IMG/VR virus record: IMGVR_UViG_3300032257_000005
Location: 1-64,000 of that record
Direction: 5' to 3' (one strand)
Origin: a virus
Taxonomy: Duplodnaviria; Heunggongvirae; Uroviricota; Caudoviricetes
Length of the DNA stretch: 64,000 nt
The notes beneath the pieces were generated by a model. That model made no database searches. It was not told where the DNA came from and saw only the letters and a program-made list of their open reading frames with translations. Every line of letters starts with the position of its first letter. Positions within the stretch are counted from its first letter, which is position 1. A program made the translations under genes and the position numbers. Shown here one piece after another: positions 34,258 through 44,669 of this stretch.

Positions 34258-35694
34258 TTGATGCATGACGAAGAAAGAATAAAACAAGTAATAGCTTTAC
34301 AGGCTGAATTATACAAACGTGATTTCAGAAAATTCTTTTATGAATCATGGAAAATAATAGAACCATCTAATCCCGTTATTCCAAATTGGCATTACGATTG
34401 TATTGCTGAATATCTTGAGGCCGTTACTGCCGGTCAAATCAAACGATTAATTATAAACATCGCACCTCGTACAGGTAAGAGCCGACAAATCACAACGGCT
34501 TGGCCTGTATGGGAATGGATTAAAAAACCTCATAACCGATATCTATTTAGTTCATATTCAGGTGATCTTGCGCGTGATCATTCGCGTGAGCGTAGACTTA
34601 TTATTGAAAGCGATTGGTATCAAGAACGATGGGGTGATGTGTTCAAGATGCAAGGCGATCAGAACGTAGTTACTTACTTTGCTAATGATAAAGGCGGTAG
34701 ACAGCAAGCGCGTGGTACAGGCGGTGGTGGTACAGGTAAGGGTGGATCAAGAGTGATTATTGATGATCCGCATAATGTTAAAGAAGCTAAATCACCTGTA
34801 CAAATTATAAAAGCTGTTCATGATTTTGATGAAAATCTATCAACACGTTTAGATAATCCAAATACAGGCGCGTTTGTATTGGTTATGCAGCGACTTAATA
34901 ACAATGATTTAACAGGTCATATATTAAGAGAAATTGGTGGATATGAAATATTAAAATTACCAACAATAGCTAAATCAAAAACAATCGTTATATTTCCTAT
35001 TAGCAAAAAAGAAAGAATACGTGAAGAAGGTGATATATTATTTCCGTCAAGGCATGGCCCTGAATATCTTGCAGAACAAAAACGATCATTAGGAACGGCA
35101 GGTTTTGAAGCACAACATGAACAAGAACCTTTAATTGTTGGTGGTGATCGAATTAAACTAGATTGGTTTGATCGTTATGCAGTAAGACCTCAAAAATGGT
35201 TTAGATGTATTCAGTCATGGGATACGGGTTTAAAGCCTAAAGACACAGCCGCACCAAGCGTATGCTTAACGTTTATTCAAGATGCTAAAGATCATCCGTG
35301 GAAGATAGTTGATGTATATAGGGAAAAAGTTGGTTATCCTAAATTACGTAAAGCGGTAATAGATCTACATACAAAATGGAATCCTGAAGCAATATTAATA
35401 GAAAACAAAGCGAGTGGTATACAGTTAGTGCAAGAATTAAAAGGTAATCTACCTGTTATACCGATTGAACCTGAATCTGATAAGCAAACAAGAATGGAAA
35501 CGCAATCACCGCATGTTGAATCAGGTCAACTATCATTGCCTGATGAAGCTAAATGGTTAGGTGATTTTGAAACTGAAATTATGCAATTTCCAAACTGCGA
35601 TACATGGGATCAGATAGATACATTAAGCCAATTCTTAAAATACATATTTACTAAAAAGAAAAAAATAGAGCAAAGGAAGTTGTCAGGGCTTTAA
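34258..35694 (+). CDS. terL: terminase large subunit
   Basis: Walker-A-like ...INIAPRTGKSRQ.... 478 aa. Acidic nuclease-domain residues lie in the C-terminal half. It is followed by the portal gene. Confidence 0.7.
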   Translation: MMHDEERIKQVIALQAELYKRDFRKFFYESWKIIEPSNPVIPNWHYDCIAEYLEAVTAGQIKRLIINIAPRTGKSRQITTAWPVWEWIKKPHNRYLFSSYSGDLARDHSRERRLIIESDWYQERWGDVFKMQGDQNVVTYFANDKGGRQQARGTGGGGTGKGGSRVIIDDPHNVKEAKSPVQIIKAVHDFDENLSTRLDNPNTGAFVLVMQRLNNNDLTGHILREIGGYEILKLPTIAKSKTIVIFPISKKERIREEGDILFPSRHGPEYLAEQKRSLGTAGFEAQHEQEPLIVGGDRIKLDWFDRYAVRPQKWFRCIQSWDTGLKPKDTAAPSVCLTFIQDAKDHPWKIVDVYREKVGYPKLRKAVIDLHTKWNPEAILIENKASGIQLVQELKGNLPVIPIEPESDKQTRMETQSPHVESGQLSLPDEAKWLGDFETEIMQFPNCDTWDQIDTLSQFLKYIFTKKKKIEQRKLSGL

Positions 35695-35760
35695 TAAGTG
35701 TACTATACTGTATAAAATTGCTGGCGGGGCTGGCTAATCTTTAATCAGGAGTAGCCCGAT

Positions 35761-37239
35761 ATGCCAGTTAGTGATAAGCATAAAGAATATCAAAAATACG
35801 AAGAAGAATGGGAAAAATGCCGCGATACCATAGCCGGATCTAAAGCGGTTAAATTAGCTGGTCAGAAATACATTCCTAAATTGAGCGGTCAAGATTCACC
35901 TGAGTATGAAGCTTATATCAATCGTGCATTATTTTACAGTGCAACATCACGAACCGTTCAAGCACTTATGGGTTCAATTTTCCGCAAAGAATACACCTTA
36001 GAATACCCATCACATTTAGAACATCAATTAGAAGCCATTACATTAGACGGTAAGCCGTTTGATTCATTCTTGCGTTCAGTTGTTCGGCATGTCATATCTA
36101 CAGGCAGATTAGGTATATTAACTGATGTACTAGATACAGGTAACACAGTTGATTTCAGAGCGTACCTTGCATTGTATAAAACTGAAGCCGTTATTAATTG
36201 GCGTGAAGCTGTTGTAGGTAGTAGCAAGATAACAACCATGGTTGTTATGTATGAAAATTATGAAGTGTTAGCTGATGATGGATTTACGATTAATGAACGT
36301 CCACAATATCGTGTATTAACTTTAAACAAAGAAAAAGGTAGTGAAAATATACGTTATATGCAAGATGTCTATCGAAAAAATAAAGGTGATGAAAGATATA
36401 CACCTGTACCTGATATGCATACAGCACCTACACGAATGGGATTACCTTTAGATAAAATACCGTTTCAATTTATCAACACTTATGATCTGGATGTATCACC
36501 TGATCAACCACCTTTAATTCATTTAGCTGAAGTTAATCTTTCTCATTATCGTACCAGTGCTGATTTAGAACACGGCGCACATTTTACGGCATTACCGACA
36601 GCATGGGTTGCAGGTTTTAGTACAGATAGTGATTTAAGAATAGGATCGGCTACAGCGTGGGTTACTGAAGAAGTAGGTGCTAAAGTTGGATTTTTAGAAT
36701 ATACGGGTCAAGGCTTAAGTGCTTTACGTGATATTAAAAACGATAAAGAACAGTTAATGGCTATATTAGGTGCGCGTTTACTTGAAGAAAATAAGAAAGC
36801 GGCTGAAGCGGCTGATACATTAAAAATACGTGCAGCGGGTGAAAGCGGTTCATTAACAGCAATAGCTAAAAATATTTCTGCCGGTGTAGAGAAAGCGTTA
36901 AAAACATTAGCGTGGTGGAGTGGTGCAACAGATGCACAAATTGATGCTATTAAATTTGAATTAAATACTGACTTTATTGATAGTAAATTAACACCTCAAG
37001 AAATAGCAGAATTAACTAAAATGTATCAATCAGGTGCTATCAGTCAGGATACATTTTTATATAATCTTAAGCGTGGTGAAATATTACCTGAAGATATTAG
37101 TATTGAAGATGAAAAAAGTCTTATTGATACTCAAGGTGGTGGAATAGAAAATGATCCAGCTAATATTATTCCTATGAAGCGTAACTTTTCTATTGAATCA
37201 GATGATAATGGTAAGCCTATTGGTTTTAAGGAACAATAA
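35761..37239 (+). CDS. portal protein (putative)
   Basis: 492 aa; gene order TerL - this gene - MuF-like protein. Confidence 0.5.
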   Translation: MPVSDKHKEYQKYEEEWEKCRDTIAGSKAVKLAGQKYIPKLSGQDSPEYEAYINRALFYSATSRTVQALMGSIFRKEYTLEYPSHLEHQLEAITLDGKPFDSFLRSVVRHVISTGRLGILTDVLDTGNTVDFRAYLALYKTEAVINWREAVVGSSKITTMVVMYENYEVLADDGFTINERPQYRVLTLNKEKGSENIRYMQDVYRKNKGDERYTPVPDMHTAPTRMGLPLDKIPFQFINTYDLDVSPDQPPLIHLAEVNLSHYRTSADLEHGAHFTALPTAWVAGFSTDSDLRIGSATAWVTEEVGAKVGFLEYTGQGLSALRDIKNDKEQLMAILGARLLEENKKAAEAADTLKIRAAGESGSLTAIAKNISAGVEKALKTLAWWSGATDAQIDAIKFELNTDFIDSKLTPQEIAELTKMYQSGAISQDTFLYNLKRGEILPEDISIEDEKSLIDTQGGGIENDPANIIPMKRNFSIESDDNGKPIGFKEQ

Positions 37240-37372
37240 CATATAAGCACTATATGATAAAAAATGCCTATTGATAGGCTAAAGTTTCGCAGCCTGTTTA
37301 TTCCTCTGGGTTGGTGAGCATGTTTTGTCCGGTGCATGTGCGAAGAAAATCGGACTATTTATTATTTAAGGA

Positions 37373-37600
37373 TTGATTATGTCTATACGTAGGATAGATA
37401 CATTTAAAGATAATCCAGATGATATTGAATTAAGTTCAATACATACTATTGTTTTTGAATGTTCTGATTATGCGATTAGTAAGGATGTTTCACAATTTGT
37501 ATTAGTTGTAGAAGATGGTTTATCTAATCTTGAATTAGCGCAAAATTTACGTGAGTTTGCAGATATGGTTCAATTTGGAATAACAGGTGAGTTTCATTGA
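37373..37600 (+). CDS. hypothetical protein
   Basis: ORF only. Confidence 0.3.
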   Translation: MIMSIRRIDTFKDNPDDIELSSIHTIVFECSDYAISKDVSQFVLVVEDGLSNLELAQNLREFADMVQFGITGEFH

Positions 37601-37723
37601 TCATTGATAATATAAAAACGATTGAAAATTCAATAAATGATAATTCTACAAATGAAGATAATCAACAAGTAATATATAATTATGATGAAGCTGTTTATTT
37701 AATGTTGATCAATATGATATTAG

Positions 37724-39241
37724 ATGAAGATGACTAACTTAACAGATAAAATAGTTGATATACTAACTAAGCATGATATTGATTTACATCGTGTAGAAGC
37801 TAGTGTTAGTAAAGAGATCATAGGTATGATAAATGGTCTTTCTGCACAATTGCGTAAGCGTATTTTAAAATTTGATCCAACTAGTGTAAAAAATCCTATC
37901 TTTATTAATAAACGATTAAAACAACTTGTGAGTGTTGCCGGTGGTGATATAGATCAGGTTTATGCAACACTTGAGAAAACGTTAGCGGCTGAATTAAAAG
38001 ATATTGCATTATTAGAAGGTAGAACAACAACAGATACAATAAACAGAGCTATGCAGGTTGAACTTGCAAGTAAACATGTTAATGCATCTAAATTAAAAGC
38101 GTTAGCTAGTCGATCTATGATTGAAGGCGCGGTTGTTAAGTCGTGGTGGAAAAATCAAAGCACATGGTTAAAAGATGCCTTTAAGCGAAACATGCAAGAA
38201 GGTATTATAGGCGGTGAAGATATAGGTACATTAGTTAGGCGTATTCGTGGTACAAGAGAATCAGGTTTTACTGATGGGTTAATGCGTACACCTACACACG
38301 CTGCAAGACGTTTAGCAAGATCTGCCGTTATTACTGTTGCTAATGATGCGCGTGTTATGACGTTTGAAGAAAATGCTGATGTAATAAAAGGGATGCAATG
38401 GCTCAGCACTTTTGATTCTAGAACAAGTGACCAGTGTATCGCTCTTGACGGACAATCTTGGTTCCTCGACGGGAGGAAGATGAAAGGTACAACCGCAGAC
38501 TGGCGTGGCCCTCCGCCAGCGCACTGGAATGCTTATTCAGAAGGAACATTAATCACTACCGAAAAAGGCCAAGTACCAATTGAAAATATTAAAATTGGCG
38601 ACAGTGTTCTAACACATAAAGGTCGATACAAAAAAGTATCAGCTACTATGAGTAAGCGCAATGACACGAACTTCATCAATCGTCTTACAACGGATTCAGG
38701 TCGTATTTTTTTTGCAACAGATGATCATCCAATACTTGTTGTTGATAGAGGATGGATTAGAATTGATGATATTATAATTAATGATAAATTATTTGAATTA
38801 AATAATGGTATTAAATGGAATACCCCATTAGTTATTGACATACATAAAATAGATTATATAGGAATGGTTTATAATCTTTCAGTTGAAGATGATGAAAGTT
38901 ATATTGCTGAAAATATAGTTACGCATAATTGCCGTTCAACTATCGTACCTATTACAAAAACGTTTTCTGAAATGAATCGTAATCCAGATCTGAAAGGTAA
39001 ATTAAAAAAAGCAGATAAAGCTACACAAAATACATTACGACAAAGTGCTGATGGTGGTGCTAGTGCAAAACTAAATTATGAAGGTTGGTTAAAGAAACGA
39101 CCAAAATCAGAACAGATAGAAGTGCTTGGTCGTACAAAATATAAATTATGGAAAGAAGGTAAGATAGGGTTTACAGATCTTATAGATCAGTCGCATAATT
39201 CGATATCTACAGATGTTCTATTAAAAAGATTTGATAAATAA
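37724..39241 (+). CDS. head morphogenesis protein, Mu F / SPP1 gp7 family, interrupted by a mini-intein
   Basis: Family motif ...MQWLSTFDSRTSDQCIALDGQ...GPPPAHWN | CRSTIVPI... is split by a ~133-aa insertion with intein blocks. Confidence 0.65.
   Translation: MKMTNLTDKIVDILTKHDIDLHRVEASVSKEIIGMINGLSAQLRKRILKFDPTSVKNPIFINKRLKQLVSVAGGDIDQVYATLEKTLAAELKDIALLEGRTTTDTINRAMQVELASKHVNASKLKALASRSMIEGAVVKSWWKNQSTWLKDAFKRNMQEGIIGGEDIGTLVRRIRGTRESGFTDGLMRTPTHAARRLARSAVITVANDARVMTFEENADVIKGMQWLSTFDSRTSDQCIALDGQSWFLDGRKMKGTTADWRGPPPAHWNAYSEGTLITTEKGQVPIENIKIGDSVLTHKGRYKKVSATMSKRNDTNFINRLTTDSGRIFFATDDHPILVVDRGWIRIDDIIINDKLFELNNGIKWNTPLVIDIHKIDYIGMVYNLSVEDDESYIAENIVTHNCRSTIVPITKTFSEMNRNPDLKGKLKKADKATQNTLRQSADGGASAKLNYEGWLKKRPKSEQIEVLGRTKYKLWKEGKIGFTDLIDQSHNSISTDVLLKRFDK
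38531..38929 (+). mobile_element. mini-intein (~133 aa, no homing endonuclease domain) inside the Mu F-like protein; +1 Cys at 38930
   Basis: Block A-like SEGTLITTEKGQVPIENIKIGDSVLT, block B T-x-x-H (FATDDHPILV), block G VYNLSVEDDESYIAENIVTHN followed by Cys. Flanking exteins reconstitute the PP-x-H-x-N-C-R motif. Confidence 0.6.
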
Positions 39242-39357
39242 ATCAATAACTTAGCATAAATATAGAAAATAATTAATAAAAACACTTGCACAATATGAAA
39301 AGGTGTGTATAATTAAACTATAACTTAAACAAAGCAACCGAGTAAAGGTGAATTAAA

Positions 39358-39777
39358 ATGAGTACAAATAGCGCAATAGCAATGATTAATGATAACGAAG
39401 AAGTAACCGCAGTATATTGTCACTGGGATGGTTATCCTCAACATGTTGGTAATCTGCTTTTTAATAATTACAACACAAACGAAAAAGTAGAAGCATTGAT
39501 TGACTTGGGTAATATCTCAAGTTTAGATGAAAGCATTGAATGTCCTGAAGGTCATGATTTTGATAATAGAGCTGAAGGGTGTACTACTTTCTATGGTCGT
39601 GATCGAGGTGAAGAAAATCAAGAAGCTAATATATTTGATACATTGGATGATTTTGTAAAAGGGTATAAAGATAATTCATATTGTGAATATTTATATGTTT
39701 TTGCTCAAGGTAAGTGGAATTGCTTTGATGTTAGTAAAAATGATTGGATTATTTTAGATAAAAATAATACTAAGTAA
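39358..39777 (+). CDS. hypothetical protein
   Basis: ORF followed by a terminator. Confidence 0.35.
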   Translation: MSTNSAIAMINDNEEVTAVYCHWDGYPQHVGNLLFNNYNTNEKVEALIDLGNISSLDESIECPEGHDFDNRAEGCTTFYGRDRGEENQEANIFDTLDDFVKGYKDNSYCEYLYVFAQGKWNCFDVSKNDWIILDKNNTK

Positions 39778-39810
39778 CTTGTAACGATCTAAAAAAAGCG
39801 TAATATATTG

Positions 39811-39838
39811 AAACCAGCTTAACGGCTGGTTTTTTTAT
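39811..39838 (+). terminator. rho-independent terminator (AACCAGC-TTAACG-GCTGGTT + TTTTTT)
   Basis: Perfect 7-bp stem plus T-run. Confidence 0.6.
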
Positions 39839-39880
39839 GTCTGAAAAGTCATATTAATATTACCACTTAGAGGAAGTTAT

Positions 39881-40927
39881 ATGATTGCACAACCACTTGA
39901 AGCACCTATACATCTACGGGGTTTAAGTTTAGCCGCTACCAAACAGAAAGGCGGCAATAAAATAAAGTTCGTAAATCCAAATACAGACAACTATGAACGA
40001 AATCTAAATTATGCAGCCGCTTTACATAAGGCAGGTGTTGCTACTATCAAACGAAATGAGCTAAAAGGTAAAAACGCAGTTATTATTGGATCAGGTTCAA
40101 CATTAAAAGATCCTGATGTTATGGTTGAATTACTTAGATTGAAAGATGAAGGTTATATTTTATTTGCCTGTAAGCAAGCCATTAAAGTTTTAGTTGATGC
40201 AGGTATAACACCTCAATACGCGGTAACAATGGACCCCGGCCAGCACATTGCTAGACCTGAAAAGATATACAAAGCTGAAGGCACTACACATATTGTAGCC
40301 AGTTCAAGCGATCCGTTATTATGGCAATACTTATTAGCTGGTATGCCTTTTGGTGATTGGATTAAATCATTAAGCGAAGAAGATCAGAAAAAAGTATTAG
40401 AGAAAGATTACGATAATTACAAATCTGGAACCTACGAATTAAATGATGCTGGTGTTGATAAAGCTGAAGTATTAATATTTCATTCTGCTACAGGCTATGA
40501 AAATGAAGTAAAAATGTATAATGAATTATTTGATTTACATGATTGTATGGGTGGTGGATATAACGTTGTGAACAGAGCGTTATCTGCTGCAATGTTTATG
40601 GGTGTTGATAATATCGTTATGGCTGGTACTGATTGTGGCTGGCGCGTAGATGGAAAATTTTATGCTGATGATACAAATAATCGTCCCGGTGTTGATATGA
40701 ACGATGGGATGATGGTTGAAGGGACTGATAAAAACGGACAAAAAATAAATAACCCAAACGCTAGAGAATGGTTCACAAGACCTGATATGCTTGCATCTGG
40801 CGTAGCATTAGCTAAACTTGCAATTAAGTTCAATGGAAAAATTAAATTCATTGGTGATACACTTCCTGCAAAACTTATTGAGAAGGATGATTCTTTTTTA
40901 AATAAGTGTGCAAGTTTTCATAGTTGA
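39881..40927 (+). CDS. hypothetical protein, possibly Maf/DUF115-like (MptE-like) glycosyltransferase fold
   Basis: ...NAVIIGSGSTLKDPDVMVELLRLKDEGYILFACKQAIKVLVDAGITPQYAVTMDP... resembles the iiGxGPSL...ac..a...L...gI.PDy..s.D signature of the motility-associated-factor family. This is memory-based, not verified. Confidence 0.25.
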   Translation: MIAQPLEAPIHLRGLSLAATKQKGGNKIKFVNPNTDNYERNLNYAAALHKAGVATIKRNELKGKNAVIIGSGSTLKDPDVMVELLRLKDEGYILFACKQAIKVLVDAGITPQYAVTMDPGQHIARPEKIYKAEGTTHIVASSSDPLLWQYLLAGMPFGDWIKSLSEEDQKKVLEKDYDNYKSGTYELNDAGVDKAEVLIFHSATGYENEVKMYNELFDLHDCMGGGYNVVNRALSAAMFMGVDNIVMAGTDCGWRVDGKFYADDTNNRPGVDMNDGMMVEGTDKNGQKINNPNAREWFTRPDMLASGVALAKLAIKFNGKIKFIGDTLPAKLIEKDDSFLNKCASFHS

Positions 40928-40966
40928 AATATTTGAAATTTAAATTATACTATTCATCAATATAGG

Positions 40967-41791
40967 TTGGAGAGAACAATGGCTTTAAAATTAATCATCA
41001 AATCATTAGAAGAAGTTTCAGAGGCATTACGTAGCGAATACATTAAAGATGGTGATAGTTACGTATTAGATACGGACGATACAGAACTAAAAGCAAAGAT
41101 TGCTGAATTCAGAAATGAAAATATTACATTACGACAAAAGAATGAACTTTTGGGTGAATCTGAAAAAGAACTAACAGAATTACGTGAAAAATACGAACAA
41201 TACAAAGATCTTGATCCAGTGAAAGCGCGTGAAGCGGTTGAGAAAATGAACGCTATTGAAGAAAATCAATTGATTGATGCTGGTAAATTAGATGAAGTTG
41301 TTGAACAGCGTATCAGTAGGCGTGTAGAACGTATGCAGTCTGATTACGATGGTAAGATAACAGCATTGCAATCAGCTTTAGATAAAGCACAAGGTAACGA
41401 AAAAACTTATCGAGGTAAACTTGAAGAAGTAGTAATTGATAACGCATTGCAAACAGCATTAACTAATGCCGGTGCAATTCGTCAAGGTGCTATGACAGAT
41501 GCACTATCAAGAGGTAGGAACACTTGGAAATTGGATACGGACGGTAATCCAATTCCTATGAATGGCAGCGAGGTAATTTACGGAAAAGACGGCAAACAAC
41601 CTATTTCAACGGAGGAATGGGCGCAATCTTTAGTAGTAGATGCACCTTGGTTATTCGAGGGTAGTACCGGCGGCGGAGCTGGCGGAAATACAAATTCAAA
41701 TTTAGAAAGTGGAAAGATTAGTTTAACTGATCAAGACAGTTTAAATGCGAATATTGAAGCAATTGCTAAAGGTGAAGTCACTGTAGGCTAA
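40967..41791 (+). CDS. scaffolding protein (putative)
   Basis: Acidic, coiled-coil-rich 274-aa protein immediately upstream of the capsid gene. Confidence 0.45.
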   Translation: MERTMALKLIIKSLEEVSEALRSEYIKDGDSYVLDTDDTELKAKIAEFRNENITLRQKNELLGESEKELTELREKYEQYKDLDPVKAREAVEKMNAIEENQLIDAGKLDEVVEQRISRRVERMQSDYDGKITALQSALDKAQGNEKTYRGKLEEVVIDNALQTALTNAGAIRQGAMTDALSRGRNTWKLDTDGNPIPMNGSEVIYGKDGKQPISTEEWAQSLVVDAPWLFEGSTGGGAGGNTNSNLESGKISLTDQDSLNANIEAIAKGEVTVG

Positions 41792-41873
41792 TTGTATATC
41801 CGTGAACGGGGTTCACAAATTGAATCGGGGATTCAAGCTAACTTAATTTTAACGTAACTAGGAAACATATATC

Positions 41874-43013
41874 ATGGCTAATTCATTAGACAATATTATG
41901 GCTAAAATCCTTGCGCGTGGCTTGATGGTTCTACGTGAACAAGCAACCATGCCAAGAATCGTAAACGGTGACTACTCGCGTGAAGCTGCGCAAAAAGGCA
42001 CTACAATTGATATTCCAATATCTTCAGGTAAGACAGCTAGTGATGTAACACCATCACCAACTTATTCAAGTGCGCCTGATAGCTCTCCCGGTATTGTTCA
42101 AGTTCCTTTGAACAACTGGAAAAAGGTAGCATTTAGTCTTACTGATAAAGATCAGGTAGAGATTGATAAAAATGAACACTTTATGCCGCTAGAAATGGGT
42201 GAAGCAATTCGCGCACTTTCAAACGTTGTAAATGAAGATATTTTTGCAGAATACAAAGGCGTATATGGTTATGCTGGAACGGCTGGTACTACACCATTCG
42301 CTTCAACCGTAACTGCTGCAACCGATGCACGTAAAGTGCTTCATCAACAGCTTGCCCCTCGTATGGATCGCCGTGCAGTTCTTGATTATACTGCTGAAGC
42401 AAATGCACTGGCATTATCACCATTTTCTGATGCTGATAAAATCGGTACTAACGATATTCGTATTGAAGGTGAAGTTGGTAAAAAGTACGGTATTGATTGG
42501 TATGCTGATGATGCTGTACCTACGCATACACGAGGTACAGTAGCTTCTGTTGCTGTAGGTTCAACTACTGCTATAGGCGCATCTTCTTTAGGTGTAACGG
42601 GTGGAGGTGCTTTGGGTACAATGACTCACGGTGATGTTTTCACAATCGCTGGTGATACTCAAACATACGTGGTTAACGCCACTGTTACTATTGCATCTGC
42701 AACTACTAACATTTCAATTGATCCACCTTTGAAAGTTATTGCTTCTGCAACATCAGTTATTACTATAAAAGGTAGTCATACTGTTAACATGGCGTTCCAT
42801 CGTGATGCGTTTGCATTTGCGACACGTCCATTGATGCAGTCAACTACTGATACAGCTTTAGGCAGTAAGATTATGTCTATGACTGATCCACAAACAGGTA
42901 TTAGTTTGAGGCTGGAAGTGTCACGTCAATATAAACAGGTCACATGGGAACTAGACATTCTCTGGGGAGCTAAACTTGTACGCGCACCACTTGCTATGAG
43001 AATTGCAGGTTAA
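41874..43013 (+). CDS. major capsid protein (putative)
   Basis: 379 aa, follows the scaffold, Ala/Thr/Gly-rich. A strong terminator lies immediately downstream. Confidence 0.55.
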   Translation: MANSLDNIMAKILARGLMVLREQATMPRIVNGDYSREAAQKGTTIDIPISSGKTASDVTPSPTYSSAPDSSPGIVQVPLNNWKKVAFSLTDKDQVEIDKNEHFMPLEMGEAIRALSNVVNEDIFAEYKGVYGYAGTAGTTPFASTVTAATDARKVLHQQLAPRMDRRAVLDYTAEANALALSPFSDADKIGTNDIRIEGEVGKKYGIDWYADDAVPTHTRGTVASVAVGSTTAIGASSLGVTGGGALGTMTHGDVFTIAGDTQTYVVNATVTIASATTNISIDPPLKVIASATSVITIKGSHTVNMAFHRDAFAFATRPLMQSTTDTALGSKIMSMTDPQTGISLRLEVSRQYKQVTWELDILWGAKLVRAPLAMRIAG

Positions 43014-43036
43014 TAGATTAGTAACTAAAATAAAAC

Positions 43037-43070
43037 CTCGTTATGTATAAAAACATAGCGGGGTTTTTTT
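43037..43070 (+). terminator. rho-independent terminator after the capsid gene (CCTCGTTATGT..ACATAGCGGGG + TTTTTTT)
   Basis: Imperfect GC-containing hairpin plus T7 run. Confidence 0.5.
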
Positions 43071-43084
43071 ATAAGGAAAAATAT

Positions 43085-43483
43085 ATGAGATTACCAAAAG
43101 TAAAAATTGTAAATGATGCTACAGGTAAAACAAAAAAAGTAAATCAAATTGAATATGCTAATGATCTTGGTTTAGGAAAATTTATAGGATGGAGTTTAGC
43201 AGGTGAAATTCGTGGTGAATTTAACGAATCAGATCAGGTTTTAGCAAACAATGATCAAGCGATACATTCACCTAAAACATTTGAAGAAGGTGGCTGGGAA
43301 GTAGCTGCTGAGGCTGAATCAATTGTTGTAACACCTAGCGAAGAAGTAACAACAAGTGATAAAATTGAACTTGTAGAAAATAGTGATAATCAAGAAGTTC
43401 AAAATGAAGTTGCAGAAAGTGACGCAAAACAAAAAGTACAACCTAAGCGTGGTAGAGGAAAACGTAAAAAAGAGGAAGAATAA
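43085..43483 (+). CDS. hypothetical protein (possible head decoration/accessory), start MRLPKVKIV
   Basis: ORF with a Lys/Glu-rich tail. Confidence 0.3.
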   Translation: MRLPKVKIVNDATGKTKKVNQIEYANDLGLGKFIGWSLAGEIRGEFNESDQVLANNDQAIHSPKTFEEGGWEVAAEAESIVVTPSEEVTTSDKIELVENSDNQEVQNEVAESDAKQKVQPKRGRGKRKKEEE

Positions 43484-44241
43484 TGATCATTACATCGTTC
43501 AGTCAAAAAGGTTATCATGAGTATGGTAAACGGTTCATCACCACCTTTTTAGAACATTGGAAAGATGAAAAACTAACTGTTTATTATGAAAACGGTATAC
43601 CTTCAAGCAGGCCACAAGATAAACGTATTCAATATATTAATCTATGTCAATATGACGATTTCAATTCGTTTGAAAAAACATTATTAGAATCAGATCCAAT
43701 GTATCAAGGTATGATTGCATCACCTCCTAATGGTGATAAAGCGTATAACTTTAGATATAACGCCGCTAAATTCTTCAAAAAAGTATTTTGTATTGCTCAT
43801 GCTACTCGTAAGACTAAAGAAAAAGTTACGTGGGTTGATGCTGATGTTGAGTTTGTAAAAGAACTTCCTGAAGGTTTTATAGATAGCATATTACCTGATG
43901 ATATGTATTTAGCACATTTAGCACGTGAATGGCTTTATACTGAAGCTGGGTTTATGATTTTCAATTGTAATCATGCATCACATGAATACTTTATGCCGTT
44001 ATATTTAAACATGTATTTCACAGGTGCGTTTAAATACTTAGGTGAGTTTCATGATTGTTATGTATTGGATTGTTTAACTAAATTATTACAAGTTCCATGC
44101 GTTAATATTAATCCTAATGAAAAATCAAATCATCCATTCCAAGAATCTGTTATAGGTGAGTATATGCATCACTATAAAGGGCCAGAACGTAAAAAAGCTG
44201 GTGCTTTACTTGATACCGATCCTAAGAGGAAAACAGCATGA
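43483..44241 (+). CDS. hypothetical protein, possible nucleotide-sugar transferase (DxD-like VDADVEF)
   Basis: ORF; weak DxD context. First gene of the sugar island. Confidence 0.25.
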   Translation: MIITSFSQKGYHEYGKRFITTFLEHWKDEKLTVYYENGIPSSRPQDKRIQYINLCQYDDFNSFEKTLLESDPMYQGMIASPPNGDKAYNFRYNAAKFFKKVFCIAHATRKTKEKVTWVDADVEFVKELPEGFIDSILPDDMYLAHLAREWLYTEAGFMIFNCNHASHEYFMPLYLNMYFTGAFKYLGEFHDCYVLDCLTKLLQVPCVNINPNEKSNHPFQESVIGEYMHHYKGPERKKAGALLDTDPKRKTA

Positions 44242-44669
44242 AACGTAGATCATTCTTAACAAGTTTAGGTTTAATTGGAGCAGCTTCTTTTACAAAAGCA
44301 TCTGAACACTTGCCAGAAAAAATGATTGAAGCTACTAACGATGAGATATCTAATAGATTTTCAGTAGTTACAAAACCAGTTGAAAATATAACTAATGTGG
44401 ATTTTGGATTAATTATTAATGGTGTTAGCTATCGCACTATTGATTATTCAATATCTTATGAATCAGGTTTTATAATAAACAGAGAATTAAATGCGTCAAT
44501 ATATCTAGATAAGCTATCACTTGATTCCGGTGAAGAAGTAACCGTTGAATTAATACATAAAGAAGTTAATATTCATGAAAAGTTTAACGCCGTTATTACT
44601 CGTACAACAACAAGCATAGGATATGATAGCCCTTTAATTATGGATATAATTTTGAAGGAAGTATCATGA
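44238..44669 (+). CDS. exported protein with a twin-arginine (Tat) signal peptide
   Basis: MKRRSFLTSLGLIGAASFTKASE... has the S/T-R-R-x-F-L pattern plus a hydrophobic core and an A-x-A-like cleavage region. Confidence 0.45.
   Translation: MKRRSFLTSLGLIGAASFTKASEHLPEKMIEATNDEISNRFSVVTKPVENITNVDFGLIINGVSYRTIDYSISYESGFIINRELNASIYLDKLSLDSGEEVTVELIHKEVNIHEKFNAVITRTTTSIGYDSPLIMDIILKEVS

Noticed and set aside
39881-40927. Prohead protease call for the gene between the Mu F-like gene and the scaffold gene
   Set aside because: No Ser-His or Clp-like protease motifs were seen. The sequence resembles a Maf/DUF115 fold more than a protease, so it is kept as hypothetical.
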